From Cyanobacteriota bacterium (GTDB lineage: Bacteria > Cyanobacteriota > Cyanobacteriia > PCC-6307 > Cyanobiaceae): DNA of 64,000 nt. The notes below the pieces were generated by a model. The model saw nothing but the letters and a program-made list of their open reading frames with translations. It searched no databases and was not told the DNA's origin. Shown piece by piece: positions 9,454-20,044 of this stretch. Both the position numbers and the translations under genes were made by a program. Numbering within the stretch: the first letter of the stretch is position 1; each line of letters begins with the position of its first letter. The stretch lies in NCBI GenBank assembly GCA_046052125.1, contig JBJOMY010000004.1:96001-160000 (forward strand). The letters run 5' to 3'.

Positions 9454-10245
9454 TCAGCGGCGTTGCATCACCAGCCGCCAGCGCTCGCGCTTCGTGGGTT
9501 GGATCTCGAGGATCTCCAACTCGCCGCGGCCATCGAGTCGCACCCGATCCCCACGGTTGAGTTCCCGGCTGGGGGTGGTGATCACTTGCCAGTTCACCCG
9601 CACCGCTCCGCTGCGGATCAGCTCAGCCATGCGGCTGCGCGACATCCCAAGGCCCGCGGAGGCCACGGCATCCAGCCTCAGCGAGGCTTCCACGCTGCTC
9701 ACCTGCCGGGGCACCCGGCTTGCAGGCCACTGCAGCTGCTCGAGCGGCACCACTTGCAGCAGTACCCCCACGCTGCGGACCTGGGCCTCCAGCCCATCGC
9801 AGCGTGGGACCGCTTCGCTGCAGATCACGGCCTGGGCGCCGCGATCGCCCCGCATCCAGATGTCGCCCAGTTCGCCGGCCTCCAGACAGGCTTTCAGTAA
9901 GCCCTGGCGCACCTCCTCCGGTTCGGCTGGGTCAAACAGAAAGTTTCCGCTCACCACCAAGCCGCTGAGGGCTGCAGAGGGGGCAGTCGCTCCAGGCTCT
10001 TCGCTGAGCTCCGCCCGGCGTAGCAACAGCCGGCAGCGCTCCGCCTGGGGCCAACCTCCATCCGCGTGCAGGTGGAGTTCGCTCAAGGCTCCCAGGCGCT
10101 GCTGGGCCTCCTCCTGCAGTTCCGCCCCTACAAATTCACTCCAGCAGGGCTCCCAGGTGCGCAGCGCTTGCTCGGCCAACCCGATCAGCTGGGCCAGCTC
10201 CTCGGGTCTGCCACTGCCCTTCAGCAGTTCATCGCGCGGCAGCAT
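9454..10245 (-). CDS. Photosystem II S4 domain protein (YlmH-like RNA-binding)
   Basis: GNFLFDPA, C-terminal S4 motif ASLRLDAVASAGLGMSRSRM...VRVNW. Confidence 0.9.
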   Translation of the reverse strand: MLPRDELLKGSGRPEELAQLIGLAEQALRTWEPCWSEFVGAELQEEAQQRLGALSELHLHADGGWPQAERCRLLLRRAELSEEPGATAPSAALSGLVVSGNFLFDPAEPEEVRQGLLKACLEAGELGDIWMRGDRGAQAVICSEAVPRCDGLEAQVRSVGVLLQVVPLEQLQWPASRVPRQVSSVEASLRLDAVASAGLGMSRSRMAELIRSGAVRVNWQVITTPSRELNRGDRVRLDGRGELEILEIQPTKRERWRLVMQRR

Positions 10246-10254
10246 CGCCTGTCC

Positions 10255-10758
10255 TCAGTTTTCGTTGAGCCGCACCACAGCCTTGGGTTTCGCCACCTGC
10301 AGCCGGGTCCAGGGCACTTCGATGCCGTTGGGCATCTCCACCAGCAGCAGCCAGTTGCCTTCCTCAAGGCGATTGCGAAGCGCGCGGACGCGATCGTCAG
10401 CTTCTGAGCTCACGCTGGCCGCAGCCGCGAAGCTGCCCATCCAGCCCGAGCCCAACCCCAGCAGGCCGCCGATCAGGTGGGAGCCCCAAGTGCCTGCGAA
10501 AGCAAAGGTGTCGAGGTCGGTGATGAAGGTGAAGGTGAGGCCGGCGAAGAACCCGAACGGAATGAGCCAAGTGGCCATCCGCTTCTGGCGCAGCTGGCGG
10601 GTGAGGGCGGGGTTGAGGTCGGCGACGTCGTTGATCGGGGTTTCGCCCTCACCGATCGCCACCAGCCGCTGCGGTGCAGGCTTGAGCTCTTGCAATTGAT
10701 CTTTGAGCTGGTGCAGGCGCTTGCGCTCCGCGATCACCGCCACCACGCTGCTGCCCAC
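10255..10758 (-). CDS. Conserved hypothetical membrane protein
   Basis: 167 aa, two hydrophobic segments (WLIPFGFFAG..., LIGGLLGLGSGWMGS); co-directional with the S4 gene. Confidence 0.75.
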   Translation of the reverse strand: MGSSVVAVIAERKRLHQLKDQLQELKPAPQRLVAIGEGETPINDVADLNPALTRQLRQKRMATWLIPFGFFAGLTFTFITDLDTFAFAGTWGSHLIGGLLGLGSGWMGSFAAAASVSSEADDRVRALRNRLEEGNWLLLVEMPNGIEVPWTRLQVAKPKAVVRLNEN

Positions 10759-10867
10759 GAAGCTCTGCCCCCAGTTCGCCTGATTCTGTCCCGAGCGCGT
10801 CTGGCCTGGAGGGCGTGAGACCCACCTCTCTACACTTCACCTCCGGCCGCCCCCACCCCGCCGGGTC

Positions 10868-12454
10868 ATGACAAAGGTTCTGGTTTCCGATCCCATCGAT
10901 CAGACAGGGATCGACATCCTGTCGCAGGTGGCTCAGGTGGATGTGCGCACGGGCCTGCCGCCCGAGCAGCTCAAGGAGATCATCGGCGAGTACGACGCGC
11001 TGATGATTCGTTCCGGCACCACGGTGACGGCCGACATCATCGAAGCCGCAGACAAGCTGCGGATCATTGGCCGCGCCGGTGTGGGGGTCGACAACGTCGA
11101 CGTGCCGGCGGCCACCAAGCGCGGCGTGATTGTGGTGAATTCGCCCGAGGGCAACACCATCGCTGCGGCGGAGCACGCCCTGGCACTGATGCTCTCGCTA
11201 TCGCGCCACGTGCCCCACGCTCACGTGAGCACCATGGCTGGCGGCTGGGATCGCAAGAAATACGTGGGCAACGAGCTCTACAAGAAGAAGCTCGGTGTGG
11301 TGGGCCTGGGCAAGATCGGTTCCCACGTCGCCCGCGTGGCCAAGGCCATGGGCATGGAACTGCTGGCCTACGACCCGTTTGTGTCGCCTGAGCGCGCCCA
11401 GCAGATGCAGGTGAAGCTGCTGCCGCTGGCTGAGCTGTTCGCCGAGGCTGACTACGTGAGCCTGCACCTGCCCCGCACGCCAGACACCGAAAACCTGGTG
11501 AACGCCGAGCTGCTGCGCACGATGAAGCCGACAGCCCGGATTGTGAACTGTGCCCGCGGCGGCATCATTGATGAGGCAGCGATTGCTGAGGCGGTGGAGA
11601 AGGGCGTGATCGCCGGCGCTGCCCTCGACGTTTATGCCAAGGAGCCCCTCGAGGCTGATTCAGCGCTGCGCAGCGTGAACGAGCGCCTGATCCTCACTCC
11701 GCACCTGGGCGCTTCCACGGAGGAAGCCCAGGAAAACGTGGCTATCGATGTGGCCGAGCAGATCCGCGATGTGCTGCTGGGCCTGCCCGCGCGCAGCGCC
11801 GTGAACATCCCCGGCCTCAACGCCGAGGTGATGGAGCAGCTCAAGCCCCATCTGCAGCTGGCGGAAACCCTGGGTCAGCTGCTCAGCCAGCTGGCGGGCG
11901 GTCAGATCAGCGAGCTGGAAGTGCGGCTGCAGGGCGAATTTGCCAGCCATCCCGCCCAGCCCCTGGTGATCGCGGCCCTCAAGGGTCTGCTCTCCACCGC
12001 CCTGGGCGATTCGATCAACTATGTGAACGCCGGCCTGGAGGCCAAGGAGCGCGGCATCCACGTGCTCGAAGTGAAGGATGACGCCGCCCGCGATTTCGCC
12101 GGTGGTTCCCTCCAGCTCAGCTCCAAGGGCGCCAACGGCAACCACACCGTGACCGGTGCTGTGTTTGCCGATGGCGAATTGCGCATCACCACCATTGATG
12201 AGTTCCCGGTGAATGTGGCGCCCAGCCGCCACATGCTCTTCACCCGTCACCGCGACATGCCAGGCATCATCGGCAACCTGGGTTCGGTGCTGGGCGAGCA
12301 CAACGTGAACATCGCCTCGATGCAGGTGGGCCGCCGCATCGTGCGTGGCGACGCCGTGATGGTGCTTAGCCTCGACGATCCCCTGCCCGCCAGCCTGCTG
12401 GCCACCATCCATGCGATCGAGGGCATCCAGGAAGCCCATCCGGTGACCCTCTGA
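10868..12454 (+). CDS. serA: D-3-phosphoglycerate dehydrogenase
   Basis: GRAGVGVDNVD, GLGKIG, NCARGG, TPHLGAST, C-terminal ACT domain (DMPGIIG). Confidence 0.97.
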   Translation: MTKVLVSDPIDQTGIDILSQVAQVDVRTGLPPEQLKEIIGEYDALMIRSGTTVTADIIEAADKLRIIGRAGVGVDNVDVPAATKRGVIVVNSPEGNTIAAAEHALALMLSLSRHVPHAHVSTMAGGWDRKKYVGNELYKKKLGVVGLGKIGSHVARVAKAMGMELLAYDPFVSPERAQQMQVKLLPLAELFAEADYVSLHLPRTPDTENLVNAELLRTMKPTARIVNCARGGIIDEAAIAEAVEKGVIAGAALDVYAKEPLEADSALRSVNERLILTPHLGASTEEAQENVAIDVAEQIRDVLLGLPARSAVNIPGLNAEVMEQLKPHLQLAETLGQLLSQLAGGQISELEVRLQGEFASHPAQPLVIAALKGLLSTALGDSINYVNAGLEAKERGIHVLEVKDDAARDFAGGSLQLSSKGANGNHTVTGAVFADGELRITTIDEFPVNVAPSRHMLFTRHRDMPGIIGNLGSVLGEHNVNIASMQVGRRIVRGDAVMVLSLDDPLPASLLATIHAIEGIQEAHPVTL

Positions 12455-12484
12455 TCCGACACTGATCAGAGACGTTTCACACCG

Positions 12485-13408
12485 ATGACGCTCTCCTGGT
12501 GGCGCCTCGAGCTCCCTTCCCTTCCGGAGCTGGAGGAATCGCTGATCTGGAAGCTGAATGCCCTCGGCATCCCTCGGGTTGCCGTGCGGCATCGGCCGGA
12601 AGCCCCCGATCAGCGTCAGCTGGTGGCCTGGCTGCCGGAAGCCGATTGGCCGGAGCCTGAGCGCCTACAGCTCGAGCAGGCCCTGGCCCCACTGGCCGAC
12701 ACCTTCGGCCTCACCCTGCCGGCGATCTCCTGGGAGCACCAGGACGACGAGGACTGGAGCCTCAGCTGGAAGCAGCACTGGGAGGCCGATCCGGTGGGTC
12801 GTCGGTTGCTGATCCTGCCGGCCTGGTTGGAGCTTCCCCCAGAACATGCCGAGCGGCTGGTGATCCGGATGGATCCAGGCAGTGCCTTCGGCACCGGTAG
12901 CCACCCCACCACGCGCCTCTGCCTCGAGGCGATCGAGCAGCTGGCCGAGGACCGCGGTTCGCCGGCAGCGCCGGATCTGGGCCCGATCCGCGTGGCCGAC
13001 CTCGGATGCGGCAGCGGCATCCTGGGGATTGCGGCGCTCCTGCAGGGCGCCATCAGCGTGGCGGCGGCGGATACCGACTCCCTGGCGGTGCGTGCCACCC
13101 GCGACAACGCGGTGGTGAGCGGCTTCGCCGACCGCTTTTCAGTGGAGCTGGGCTCCGTGGAGCGCCTGGCGCAGCTGTTGGACGGCCGTCCAGCTGATCT
13201 CTTGCTCTGCAACATCCTGGCGCCGGTGATTGAGGCCCTCTGTCCCGCCTTCCACACCGTGCTGGCAGCGGACGGCCTCGGCTTGCTGAGTGGCTTGCTG
13301 GTGGAACAGGCGCCGCGCTTGCAGCAGGCCCTGGCCGATGAGGGCTGGCATGCCGAGCTCACCGCGCAACAAAGCCAATGGGGCTTGATGACGATCCGGC
13401 GGGCTTAA
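12485..13408 (+). CDS. prmA: Ribosomal protein L11 methyltransferase
   Basis: DPGSAFGTGSHPTTRLCL, DLGCGSGIL, NILA. Confidence 0.95.
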   Translation: MTLSWWRLELPSLPELEESLIWKLNALGIPRVAVRHRPEAPDQRQLVAWLPEADWPEPERLQLEQALAPLADTFGLTLPAISWEHQDDEDWSLSWKQHWEADPVGRRLLILPAWLELPPEHAERLVIRMDPGSAFGTGSHPTTRLCLEAIEQLAEDRGSPAAPDLGPIRVADLGCGSGILGIAALLQGAISVAAADTDSLAVRATRDNAVVSGFADRFSVELGSVERLAQLLDGRPADLLLCNILAPVIEALCPAFHTVLAADGLGLLSGLLVEQAPRLQQALADEGWHAELTAQQSQWGLMTIRRA

Positions 13409-13589
13409 GCCTCGGCGCGGCGAATTCGCGGATGTTGCATAAGGCACGCTGATCTGTGCCCTGCGTTCTGATTGGGCTTCACGGCCTGAGGCGCTCAGAA
13501 CCCCAGGAACATGCCCCGGCGGATGTAGGAAGGGTCCGTCCTACGGGCCCGGGAACTTTCCCAGGAGCCTGTGAGCCCCAATCCCTTCC

Positions 13590-13889
13590 ATGGCTTCCTA
13601 CAAGGTCACCCTCATCAGCGAGGCAGAGGGCCTCAACAAGACCATCGAGGTTCCCGACGATCAGTACATCCTCGACGCCGCTGAAGAGCAGGGCATCGAC
13701 CTCCCCTACTCCTGCCGTGCTGGTGCTTGCAGCACCTGCGCCGGCAAGATCACTGCTGGCACCGTGGACCAGTCTGACCAGAGCTTCCTCGACGACGACC
13801 AGATCGAAGCTGGCTTCGTGCTCACCTGCGTGGCCTACCCCACCAGCGACTGCACCATCAAGACCCACGCTGAAGAAGAGCTCTATTGA
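13590..13889 (+). CDS. petF: Plant-type [2Fe-2S] ferredoxin
   Basis: [13 protein letters not shown]...LTCVAYP; strongly biased codon usage. Confidence 0.98.
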   Translation: MASYKVTLISEAEGLNKTIEVPDDQYILDAAEEQGIDLPYSCRAGACSTCAGKITAGTVDQSDQSFLDDDQIEAGFVLTCVAYPTSDCTIKTHAEEELY

Positions 13890-13939
13890 GCCTCTGCTCG
13901 AGGGCGTGCCTGTTCACGCCCCGGCAGCTTCATCTCCCC

Positions 13940-13964
13940 AGCCACCCCTCGGGGTGGTTTTTTT
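13940..13964 (+). terminator. Intrinsic terminator after petF
   Basis: AGCCACCCC-TC-GGGGTGGTT hairpin followed by a T run. Confidence 0.8.
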
Positions 13965-13988
13965 GTCTTCACCCCCATCTCTCTCGCC

Positions 13989-14396
13989 GTGCCCGCCGCC
14001 TCTGCCTCGGCATCAACGCCTCCTCAGGTGGCTGAGCTTTATGCGCCGGGGAGTGAGCACACCAGCCCTGGCGGGCAATACAGCTTTCGGGTGTTAGGGC
14101 CGTGCTGCCGGCTGTTTGATCGCGAGGAGCTGCCCTGGCCCTGCTGCCGCATCGCCTGGCGCAGCAAGGAGCCCAGCTGGCGGCGGGTGGGTCGTCGCTT
14201 CGTGGCTGATCTGGCATCGCGGCGCTGCCCGTCCTATGCCGTGGAGCTGCTGCAGCCTGGCTCCAGGCCCACCGCCACGGTGCTCACGCTCTTTTCGCTG
14301 CGGCTCAGCGCGCCCCTGCAGGAGTGGTGGTACAGCAAGCAGCCCGGTTCCTGCGAGCCAGCCAATAGTGCTCCGCCGCTGGCCGAGCAGCCATAA
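13989..14396 (+). CDS. Hypothetical Cys/Trp-rich protein
   Basis: 135-aa ORF (GPCCRLFDREELPWPCCR...) filling the space between petF and psbV; start uncertain. Confidence 0.7.
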   Translation: MPAASASASTPPQVAELYAPGSEHTSPGGQYSFRVLGPCCRLFDREELPWPCCRIAWRSKEPSWRRVGRRFVADLASRRCPSYAVELLQPGSRPTATVLTLFSLRLSAPLQEWWYSKQPGSCEPANSAPPLAEQP

Positions 14397-14426
14397 AAAA
14401 AGACCCCACCGATCGGGCGGAGTCTT
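14395..14426 (-). terminator. Intrinsic terminator after psbV
   Basis: Minus-strand imperfect hairpin AAGACTCCGCCC...GGTGGGGTCTT followed by a T run. Confidence 0.7.
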
Positions 14427-14457
14427 GCTCGTTGATTGGGCCGGTGGGCCTGACGGA

Positions 14458-14967
14458 TCAGAAGTAGATCTTGCCGCCGCCCCAGGCCGAACCCTGAACC
14501 TTGGGGGCCACCAGGATGAAGCCGGCCATCAGGCGCAGGTCTTCGTCGTTGAGATCGCGCATCTTCACGAACACGTCGCTGCTGCGGATGCTGGGGTGAA
14601 CGTCGGCAATGCTGTATTCGCCGTCGTAGCTGGTGGGGTCCTTCATGTAGTCCACCAGGGCGTCCACGTTGTCGCGGGCCGGGGTGGCCAGCGCGAGGGT
14701 TTCGGGGTCGAGACCCACGTTGTGGTTGGTCTTGGTGATGCCACCGGCGTGGCACTCGCCACAGCTGGTGTTGAAGATCTTGCGGCCCGCTTTGATCTCC
14801 TGCTCGCTGAAGGTCACCGTGGTGCCATCGGCATTCACCGGAACGGTGAGCTGATCAGCGGTCCACTGGGCGGCCTGTGCGGGGGCCGCCAGGCCCATCA
14901 GCAGGGCAAGGGGCAGAACCAGCACCCGGGCCAGGGTCCGGAGGGCAGAAGAGAAGGAAGAGGCCAT
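14458..14967 (-). CDS. psbV: Photosystem II cytochrome c-550
   Basis: Signal peptide, CGECH heme motif, GGITKTN, DPTSYDG, HPS, WGGGKIYF. Confidence 0.96.
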   Translation of the reverse strand: MASSFSSALRTLARVLVLPLALLMGLAAPAQAAQWTADQLTVPVNADGTTVTFSEQEIKAGRKIFNTSCGECHAGGITKTNHNVGLDPETLALATPARDNVDALVDYMKDPTSYDGEYSIADVHPSIRSSDVFVKMRDLNDEDLRLMAGFILVAPKVQGSAWGGGKIYF

Positions 14968-15074
14968 CGAAAAAGCCGGCAAGGTGGCGGTAGAGACCGC
15001 GCCTGAGCCCTTGTATCACGGCCGATGGGCCTGCCGGCTGCCTAGGCCGTTGGCACTCACGAACTGTTGCAGCC

Positions 15075-16025
15075 TCAGCTCTCGTCCGCTGCCACTTCCA
15101 CGGTGAGGAAGTCTTTGGCCAGCTCGGTGTTGGGGAAGATCGCCCGGGCCTCGTTGAGCAGATCGTCGGGAGTGACGGGGTTGCCCGGCACGTAGCGGGG
15201 GCTGAGGTGGGTGAGCATCAGCTGTTTCACGCCGGCGGCGAGGGCCGTTTGGGCGGCCATGGTGCTGGTGGAGTGCTGCCGGGCGAAGGCCATCTCGGCT
15301 TCGGCGTGGGCGAAGGTGCTCTCGTGGATCAGCAGATCGGCCCCCTGGGCGAGTTCCACGGCCGCTTCGCTGAACACGGTGTCGGTGCAGTACACCACGC
15401 TGCTGCCAGGACGCTCCGGCCCGCAGAGGCTGGCGCCGTTGATGATCCGGCCGTCCTCGAGCACCACCTCGCGTCCGGCTTTGAGCTCGGCGTAGATCGG
15501 GCCGGGTGGGATCCCAAGGGCGCGGGCCTGCTCCACATCGAAGCGCCCAGCACGAGGCTTTTGATCCACCCGGTAGGCGTAGGCGGGCACGCGGTGGATG
15601 AGCTTGGTGCAGCGCACGGTGATGTCGTCGTCGTCGAGCAGCAGCGCGCCGCTGCTGGCGGCCTCCTTCACGCGATGGCTGCGCAGCGGGTAGCCGATGC
15701 GGGTGGATGAGGTGCGCAGCACGCCTTCCAAGTAGTCGCGCAGGGGATCCGGTCCATAGAGATCGATGCCACTGCAGGTGCCCGCCAGCCCGAGGCTGGC
15801 CAGTAGGCCCGGGAGGCCGAACACATGATCCCCGTGCATGTGGGTCACAAACACGCGCCGCAGCTGGCTGACCCGCAGGTCGCTGCGCAGAAATTGATGC
15901 TGGGTGCCCTCACCGCAGTCGAACAGCCAGAGCTCCGAGCGCTGCGGTAGGCGCAGGGCCACGGCTGAAACGTTGCGCCCCTTCGTGGGAACGCCGGAGC
16001 TGGTGCCGAGGAAGGTGACCTGCAC
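15075..16025 (-). CDS. rnz: Ribonuclease Z
   Basis: [35 protein letters not shown]. Confidence 0.96.
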   Translation of the reverse strand: MQVTFLGTSSGVPTKGRNVSAVALRLPQRSELWLFDCGEGTQHQFLRSDLRVSQLRRVFVTHMHGDHVFGLPGLLASLGLAGTCSGIDLYGPDPLRDYLEGVLRTSSTRIGYPLRSHRVKEAASSGALLLDDDDITVRCTKLIHRVPAYAYRVDQKPRAGRFDVEQARALGIPPGPIYAELKAGREVVLEDGRIINGASLCGPERPGSSVVYCTDTVFSEAAVELAQGADLLIHESTFAHAEAEMAFARQHSTSTMAAQTALAAGVKQLMLTHLSPRYVPGNPVTPDDLLNEARAIFPNTELAKDFLTVEVAADES

Positions 16026-16141
16026 GGCGGCCGGACGCTCCCCGGTGTGACTGATCTGATGGTGCCATGCCGCAGCGGGAGAGCACTGGCGCTTCGTTCA
16101 GTCGCTCGTCACAATGGCCTGCCCTGCCAGCTCGGTCTTCG

Positions 16142-17488
16142 ATGGTGCGCCTGAGCAGCTTCACGCTGGGATCGATGGCCCTCACGGCAGCCCTGCTGAT
16201 GCCTCAGGCTGAGTTGGCCCGGGCGGCGCAGCCCGCGGCCAACAGAACACTTGGCGATCCGCTGCTGCGGGTGCTCGTGTTTCAGGGCGAACAGGTGCGG
16301 CTGAGGCCGGCCCTGTCTGCTGCAGGCCTGAGGTTGCGCGATGCCCAGGGCCGGATGCTGGAGGAGTTCAGCGGCCAAGTGGTGCTGCAGGCGGAGCCCG
16401 TCGATGGTTGGTTGCGGCTCAGCCGCGCCGATGCCGCCAATTCAGAGCAGTGGCAGGCCCGGGAGGTGTGGCTCGATGCGGTAGCCGGCGCTGAGGAGAG
16501 TGATCCTGGCCTCTGGATAGGGCAGCGGCGTTACCGCGGCAGGGTCCAGCTGCGTCTCGAGGCGGGCCGGGTGCAGGTGGTGAATCACGTGCCCTTGGAG
16601 GTGTACCTCCCCAGCGTGGTGGGCAGTGAGATGCCCGCCAGCTGGCCTCTGGAGGCCCTGCGTGCCCAGGCGGTGGCGGCGCGCACCTATGCACTCAAGG
16701 CCCGTAAACCGGCGGCTCTGTTTGATCTGCAAGCCACGACGTCAAGCCAGGTCTACAAGGGTGTTGAGGCGGAAACGCCCTCCACCCGGGCCGCTGTGGA
16801 GGGCACCCGTGGGCTGGTGCTCACGTACAACCATGCACTGATCGATGCGGTGTTCCACAGCAGTAGTGGCGGCAACACCGAGAGCAGTGGCGACCTCTGG
16901 CCGCGGCAGGTGCCCTACCTGGTGAGCGTGCCCGATTACGACAACGCCTCGCCGGTACGCGATTGGCGCCAACCTCTCGATCAGACGAAGTTGCGCCAGG
17001 CCTTCCCGGAGCTCGGTGGTGCCCTTGGGATTGATGTGCTCTCCACCACCCCCACCGGACGGGTGCGGCAGGCACGGGTGGTGGGCCCCTCTGGCCAGCT
17101 GGCGCTCACGGGGGCTCAGTTGCGTTCGCGGCTGGGCCTCAAGAGCACCTGGGTGCGCTTTGAACTGCTGCCGACGACCGCGACGCCAGGGGAATCGACT
17201 TCCCCAACGCCACCACCATCCGTCGCGGCCCTCACCCTGCCCGCTCCCGCTGCTGCGAGTGAAGAAGCCGTGCAACTGGTGGCGGTGGGCCGTGGCTTTG
17301 GCCATGGGGTTGGCATGAGCCAGTGGGGTGCCCTGGCCATGGCCCAGCGCGGAGACACCTACGCCACGATCCTGCGTCACTACTACCGAGGCACCGAGCT
17401 GCAGCCCTATGGCGAGCTGGCGCGCACCGCCAGTGCTGAGCGAGGCTTGGGGAACGACGCCCCCCGGACCCTGGCTGCCTCCCCTTGA
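16142..17488 (+). CDS. SpoIID/LytB domain protein
   Basis: YLPSVVGSEMPASW..EALRAQAVAARTYA, GFGHGVGMSQWGA, ILRHYY; start uncertain (16067/16142/16175). Confidence 0.92.
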   Translation: MVRLSSFTLGSMALTAALLMPQAELARAAQPAANRTLGDPLLRVLVFQGEQVRLRPALSAAGLRLRDAQGRMLEEFSGQVVLQAEPVDGWLRLSRADAANSEQWQAREVWLDAVAGAEESDPGLWIGQRRYRGRVQLRLEAGRVQVVNHVPLEVYLPSVVGSEMPASWPLEALRAQAVAARTYALKARKPAALFDLQATTSSQVYKGVEAETPSTRAAVEGTRGLVLTYNHALIDAVFHSSSGGNTESSGDLWPRQVPYLVSVPDYDNASPVRDWRQPLDQTKLRQAFPELGGALGIDVLSTTPTGRVRQARVVGPSGQLALTGAQLRSRLGLKSTWVRFELLPTTATPGESTSPTPPPSVAALTLPAPAAASEEAVQLVAVGRGFGHGVGMSQWGALAMAQRGDTYATILRHYYRGTELQPYGELARTASAERGLGNDAPRTLAASP

Positions 17489-18273
17489 TCGCCTCCTCCG
17501 CATCGCTCCGCTCACTGTCCCGGCACGGGCATCTACGGGTTGAGCGGGATGCGGAGGCTGTGGCTGCTGTGGTTGCTGAGCGCATACATCACGCGCTCGA
17601 ATCCCGAGCTGTGCTCGGGTTGGCCACTGGGCGCACGATGGAGCCGGTGTACGCCACCCTGCGGGAACGGCTGCTGACCCTGCCTCAGCAGCAGTGCCAA
17701 GCGTTGTTGGCGGGCTGGTGCAGCTTCAACCTTGATGAATATGTGGGTCTTGGGCCGGAGCAGCCCAACTCCTTCGCTGCCTTCATGCAGCAGCACTTGG
17801 CCGGGCCTTTGGAGTTGCGGCCAGGGTGCCTGCAGCTGCCCGATGGCCTGGCTCCCGAGCCGGATCAGGAGGCCGGTCGCTACGGGGCAGCGGTGCTGGC
17901 GTCTGGCGGGATCGATCTGCAGTTGCTTGGGCTTGGGAGCAATGGCCATGTGGGCTTCAACGAGCCTCCCTGCGCTGCCGATGTGCCTTGCCGTTGCCTC
18001 TCGCTCAGCCAGGCCACCCGCGAGCAAAATGCCGCCGCCTTCGGCGGAGATCCCCTGGCGGTGCCCTCCAAGGCCATCACCCTGGGCACTGCCGAGATCC
18101 TGCGTGCCCGGCGGGTGCTGCTGGTGGTGACCGGTGCGGCCAAGGCCGAGATTCTGCGCCGCAGCTTGCAGGAGCCTCCCTGCCCGGAGGTGCCAGCCAG
18201 CTGGCTGCAGCGGCATCCCCACCTGGAGGTGGTGGTGGATCAGGCCGCGGCAGCCGCGTTGTCGCTCAGCTGA
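17485..18273 (+). CDS. nagB: Glucosamine-6-phosphate deaminase
   Basis: [46 protein letters not shown]. Confidence 0.92.
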   Translation: MIASSASLRSLSRHGHLRVERDAEAVAAVVAERIHHALESRAVLGLATGRTMEPVYATLRERLLTLPQQQCQALLAGWCSFNLDEYVGLGPEQPNSFAAFMQQHLAGPLELRPGCLQLPDGLAPEPDQEAGRYGAAVLASGGIDLQLLGLGSNGHVGFNEPPCAADVPCRCLSLSQATREQNAAAFGGDPLAVPSKAITLGTAEILRARRVLLVVTGAAKAEILRRSLQEPPCPEVPASWLQRHPHLEVVVDQAAAAALSLS

Positions 18274-19039
18274 CCAGCGATTTCAGTGTTTCTTCATCCG
18301 CCTCCAGGTTGCTGGTCACGCTGCGCACATCGTCGAGTTCATCGAGTGCATCCAGCAGCTTCAGGCAGCTGGCAAGGCTGGCGGGCTCGTTGAGCGGGCA
18401 GGGGGTCTGGGCGATCCAGCGGTGCTCCCAGCTGCTCACGGGCAGGCCCAGGCTGCGCAGACCGTCCTGCAAAGCCTCCAGCTGCTCAAAGGCGCCGAAC
18501 ACGTCCGCGCCTTCTTCGTCGAGCTCGTAGCCAACGATCTCCGGCCCGCCCTGGCCCTCAAGCTCCAGCAAGCCCTCCAGCAGCGCTTCCTCCTGCAGCC
18601 CGGCCTGCTCCAGTCGCACCACGCTGCGGTGCTCAAACAGGTAGCCCACGCAGCCCGTTTCGCCGAGATTGCCGCCGTTCTTGCTGAAGGCCAGGCGGAT
18701 TTCTGCGGCGGTGCGATTGCGGTTGTCGGTGAGTGATTCGATCAGCACCGCCACCCCGCCGGGGCCATAGCCCTCGTAGCGCACCTCTTCAAACTGTTCA
18801 CCTCCGCCGCCGGCTTGGCCGGCGCCCTTGGCGATCGCCCGTTCGATGTTGGCGTTCGGCACCCGGGCGGCCTTGGCTTTTTCAATCGCTGTGCGCAGCT
18901 GGAAGTTGCCGTTGGGATCGGCACCGGCCCTGGCCGCCACCATGATTTCCCGCCCCAGTCGGGTGAACACGGCACCGCGCTTGGCATCCACCACCGCTTT
19001 GGTGCGCTTGATCTGGGCCCATCGGCTATGGCCGGCCAT
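18266..19039 (-). CDS. YebC/PmpR family protein
   Basis: [31 protein letters not shown]; real start is ATG 19039 inside the longer ORF. Confidence 0.95.
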   Translation of the reverse strand: MAGHSRWAQIKRTKAVVDAKRGAVFTRLGREIMVAARAGADPNGNFQLRTAIEKAKAARVPNANIERAIAKGAGQAGGGGEQFEEVRYEGYGPGGVAVLIESLTDNRNRTAAEIRLAFSKNGGNLGETGCVGYLFEHRSVVRLEQAGLQEEALLEGLLELEGQGGPEIVGYELDEEGADVFGAFEQLEALQDGLRSLGLPVSSWEHRWIAQTPCPLNEPASLASCLKLLDALDELDDVRSVTSNLEADEETLKSLVS

Positions 19040-19083
19040 GTTGCGGAGGAACGGGGTCGGGACGAGAGAACGAAAACCGGAGC

Positions 19084-19995
19084 TCAGCCAGCGGCGTCGA
19101 GCACCAGCCGCGGTTGCAGGGTTCCGGTGGCCTGCACTCGGGCCATGCCGGCCAGATTGCCATCCGGGCTCACCACCACCACCGCGGTGTCGGGTTCCCA
19201 GCTTGGATCGCAGTCCTGCAGCCGCCCGCAGCGCCAGCCCTGCAGTTGCTCCTGCTCCAAGGGGTGCCTTGGCAGATGCGCCAGGGCGTTGAGCGGATCC
19301 ACCAGGAGCGGACGCGGCTCCTGATCCAGTTGCTCCAGGCTCACGCTCTGCTGGAGCCCAAAGCCGAGGGCTTCGGTGCGGCGCAATCGGGCCAGAGCGC
19401 CTCCGCAGCCCAGCGCGTCGCCCAGATCCCGCGCGATCGAACGGATGTACGTGCCGGCTGAGCAAGCCACCTCCAGCTCCAGCTGGCCCTGATCCGGCGT
19501 CCAGCTCAGCAGGCTGAGGCGATGCACGCTCACGCTGCGGGCCGGCAGCTCCAGTGAAACTCCGGCGCGGGCCAGCTTGTAGGCGCGCTCCCCATTCACA
19601 TGCACGGCGGACACCGCAGGCGGCCGCTGCGCGATCGTGCCGCGAAACCGATCCAGGGCGGCCTCCAGGTCGGCGTCCACAAGGGCTGGCACAGGCTTGC
19701 GTTCCAGCATCTCGCCCTCCAGGTCGTCGCTGTCGGTGCGCACACCCAGTTGGATGACGCCCCGGTAGGTCTTGTCACCACTGAGGTAGGGCAGCAGGCG
19801 GGTGGCGGGCCCCAGTGCAATCGGCAGCACCCCTGTCACGGCTGGATCCAGGGTTCCGCCATGGCCCACGCGCTTCAGGCCATAGGCGCGACGCACCCGA
19901 CTAACGCAGCTGTGGGAACTCAGTCCGGCCGGCTTATCGAGCACCAGGAAGCCGCAGGTCACAGCAGAGGCCGCGTTCAACCCTGATGCTCCCAT
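19084..19995 (-). CDS. truB: tRNA pseudouridine(55) synthase
   Basis: [24 protein letters not shown]; start inferred at ATG 19995. Confidence 0.95.
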   Translation of the reverse strand: MGASGLNAASAVTCGFLVLDKPAGLSSHSCVSRVRRAYGLKRVGHGGTLDPAVTGVLPIALGPATRLLPYLSGDKTYRGVIQLGVRTDSDDLEGEMLERKPVPALVDADLEAALDRFRGTIAQRPPAVSAVHVNGERAYKLARAGVSLELPARSVSVHRLSLLSWTPDQGQLELEVACSAGTYIRSIARDLGDALGCGGALARLRRTEALGFGLQQSVSLEQLDQEPRPLLVDPLNALAHLPRHPLEQEQLQGWRCGRLQDCDPSWEPDTAVVVVSPDGNLAGMARVQATGTLQPRLVLDAAG

Positions 19996-20044
19996 TGCGG
20001 CCCGCGCCGATCCCGCCAGGCTGGGAGCCCGCGTTGCCTTGCTG

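Noticed and set aside
19996..20044. preQ1 riboswitch upstream of the queuosine precursor transporter
   Set aside because: Only about 50 bp of GC-rich divergent intergenic sequence, without the A-rich tail or stem-loop pattern of preQ1 aptamers
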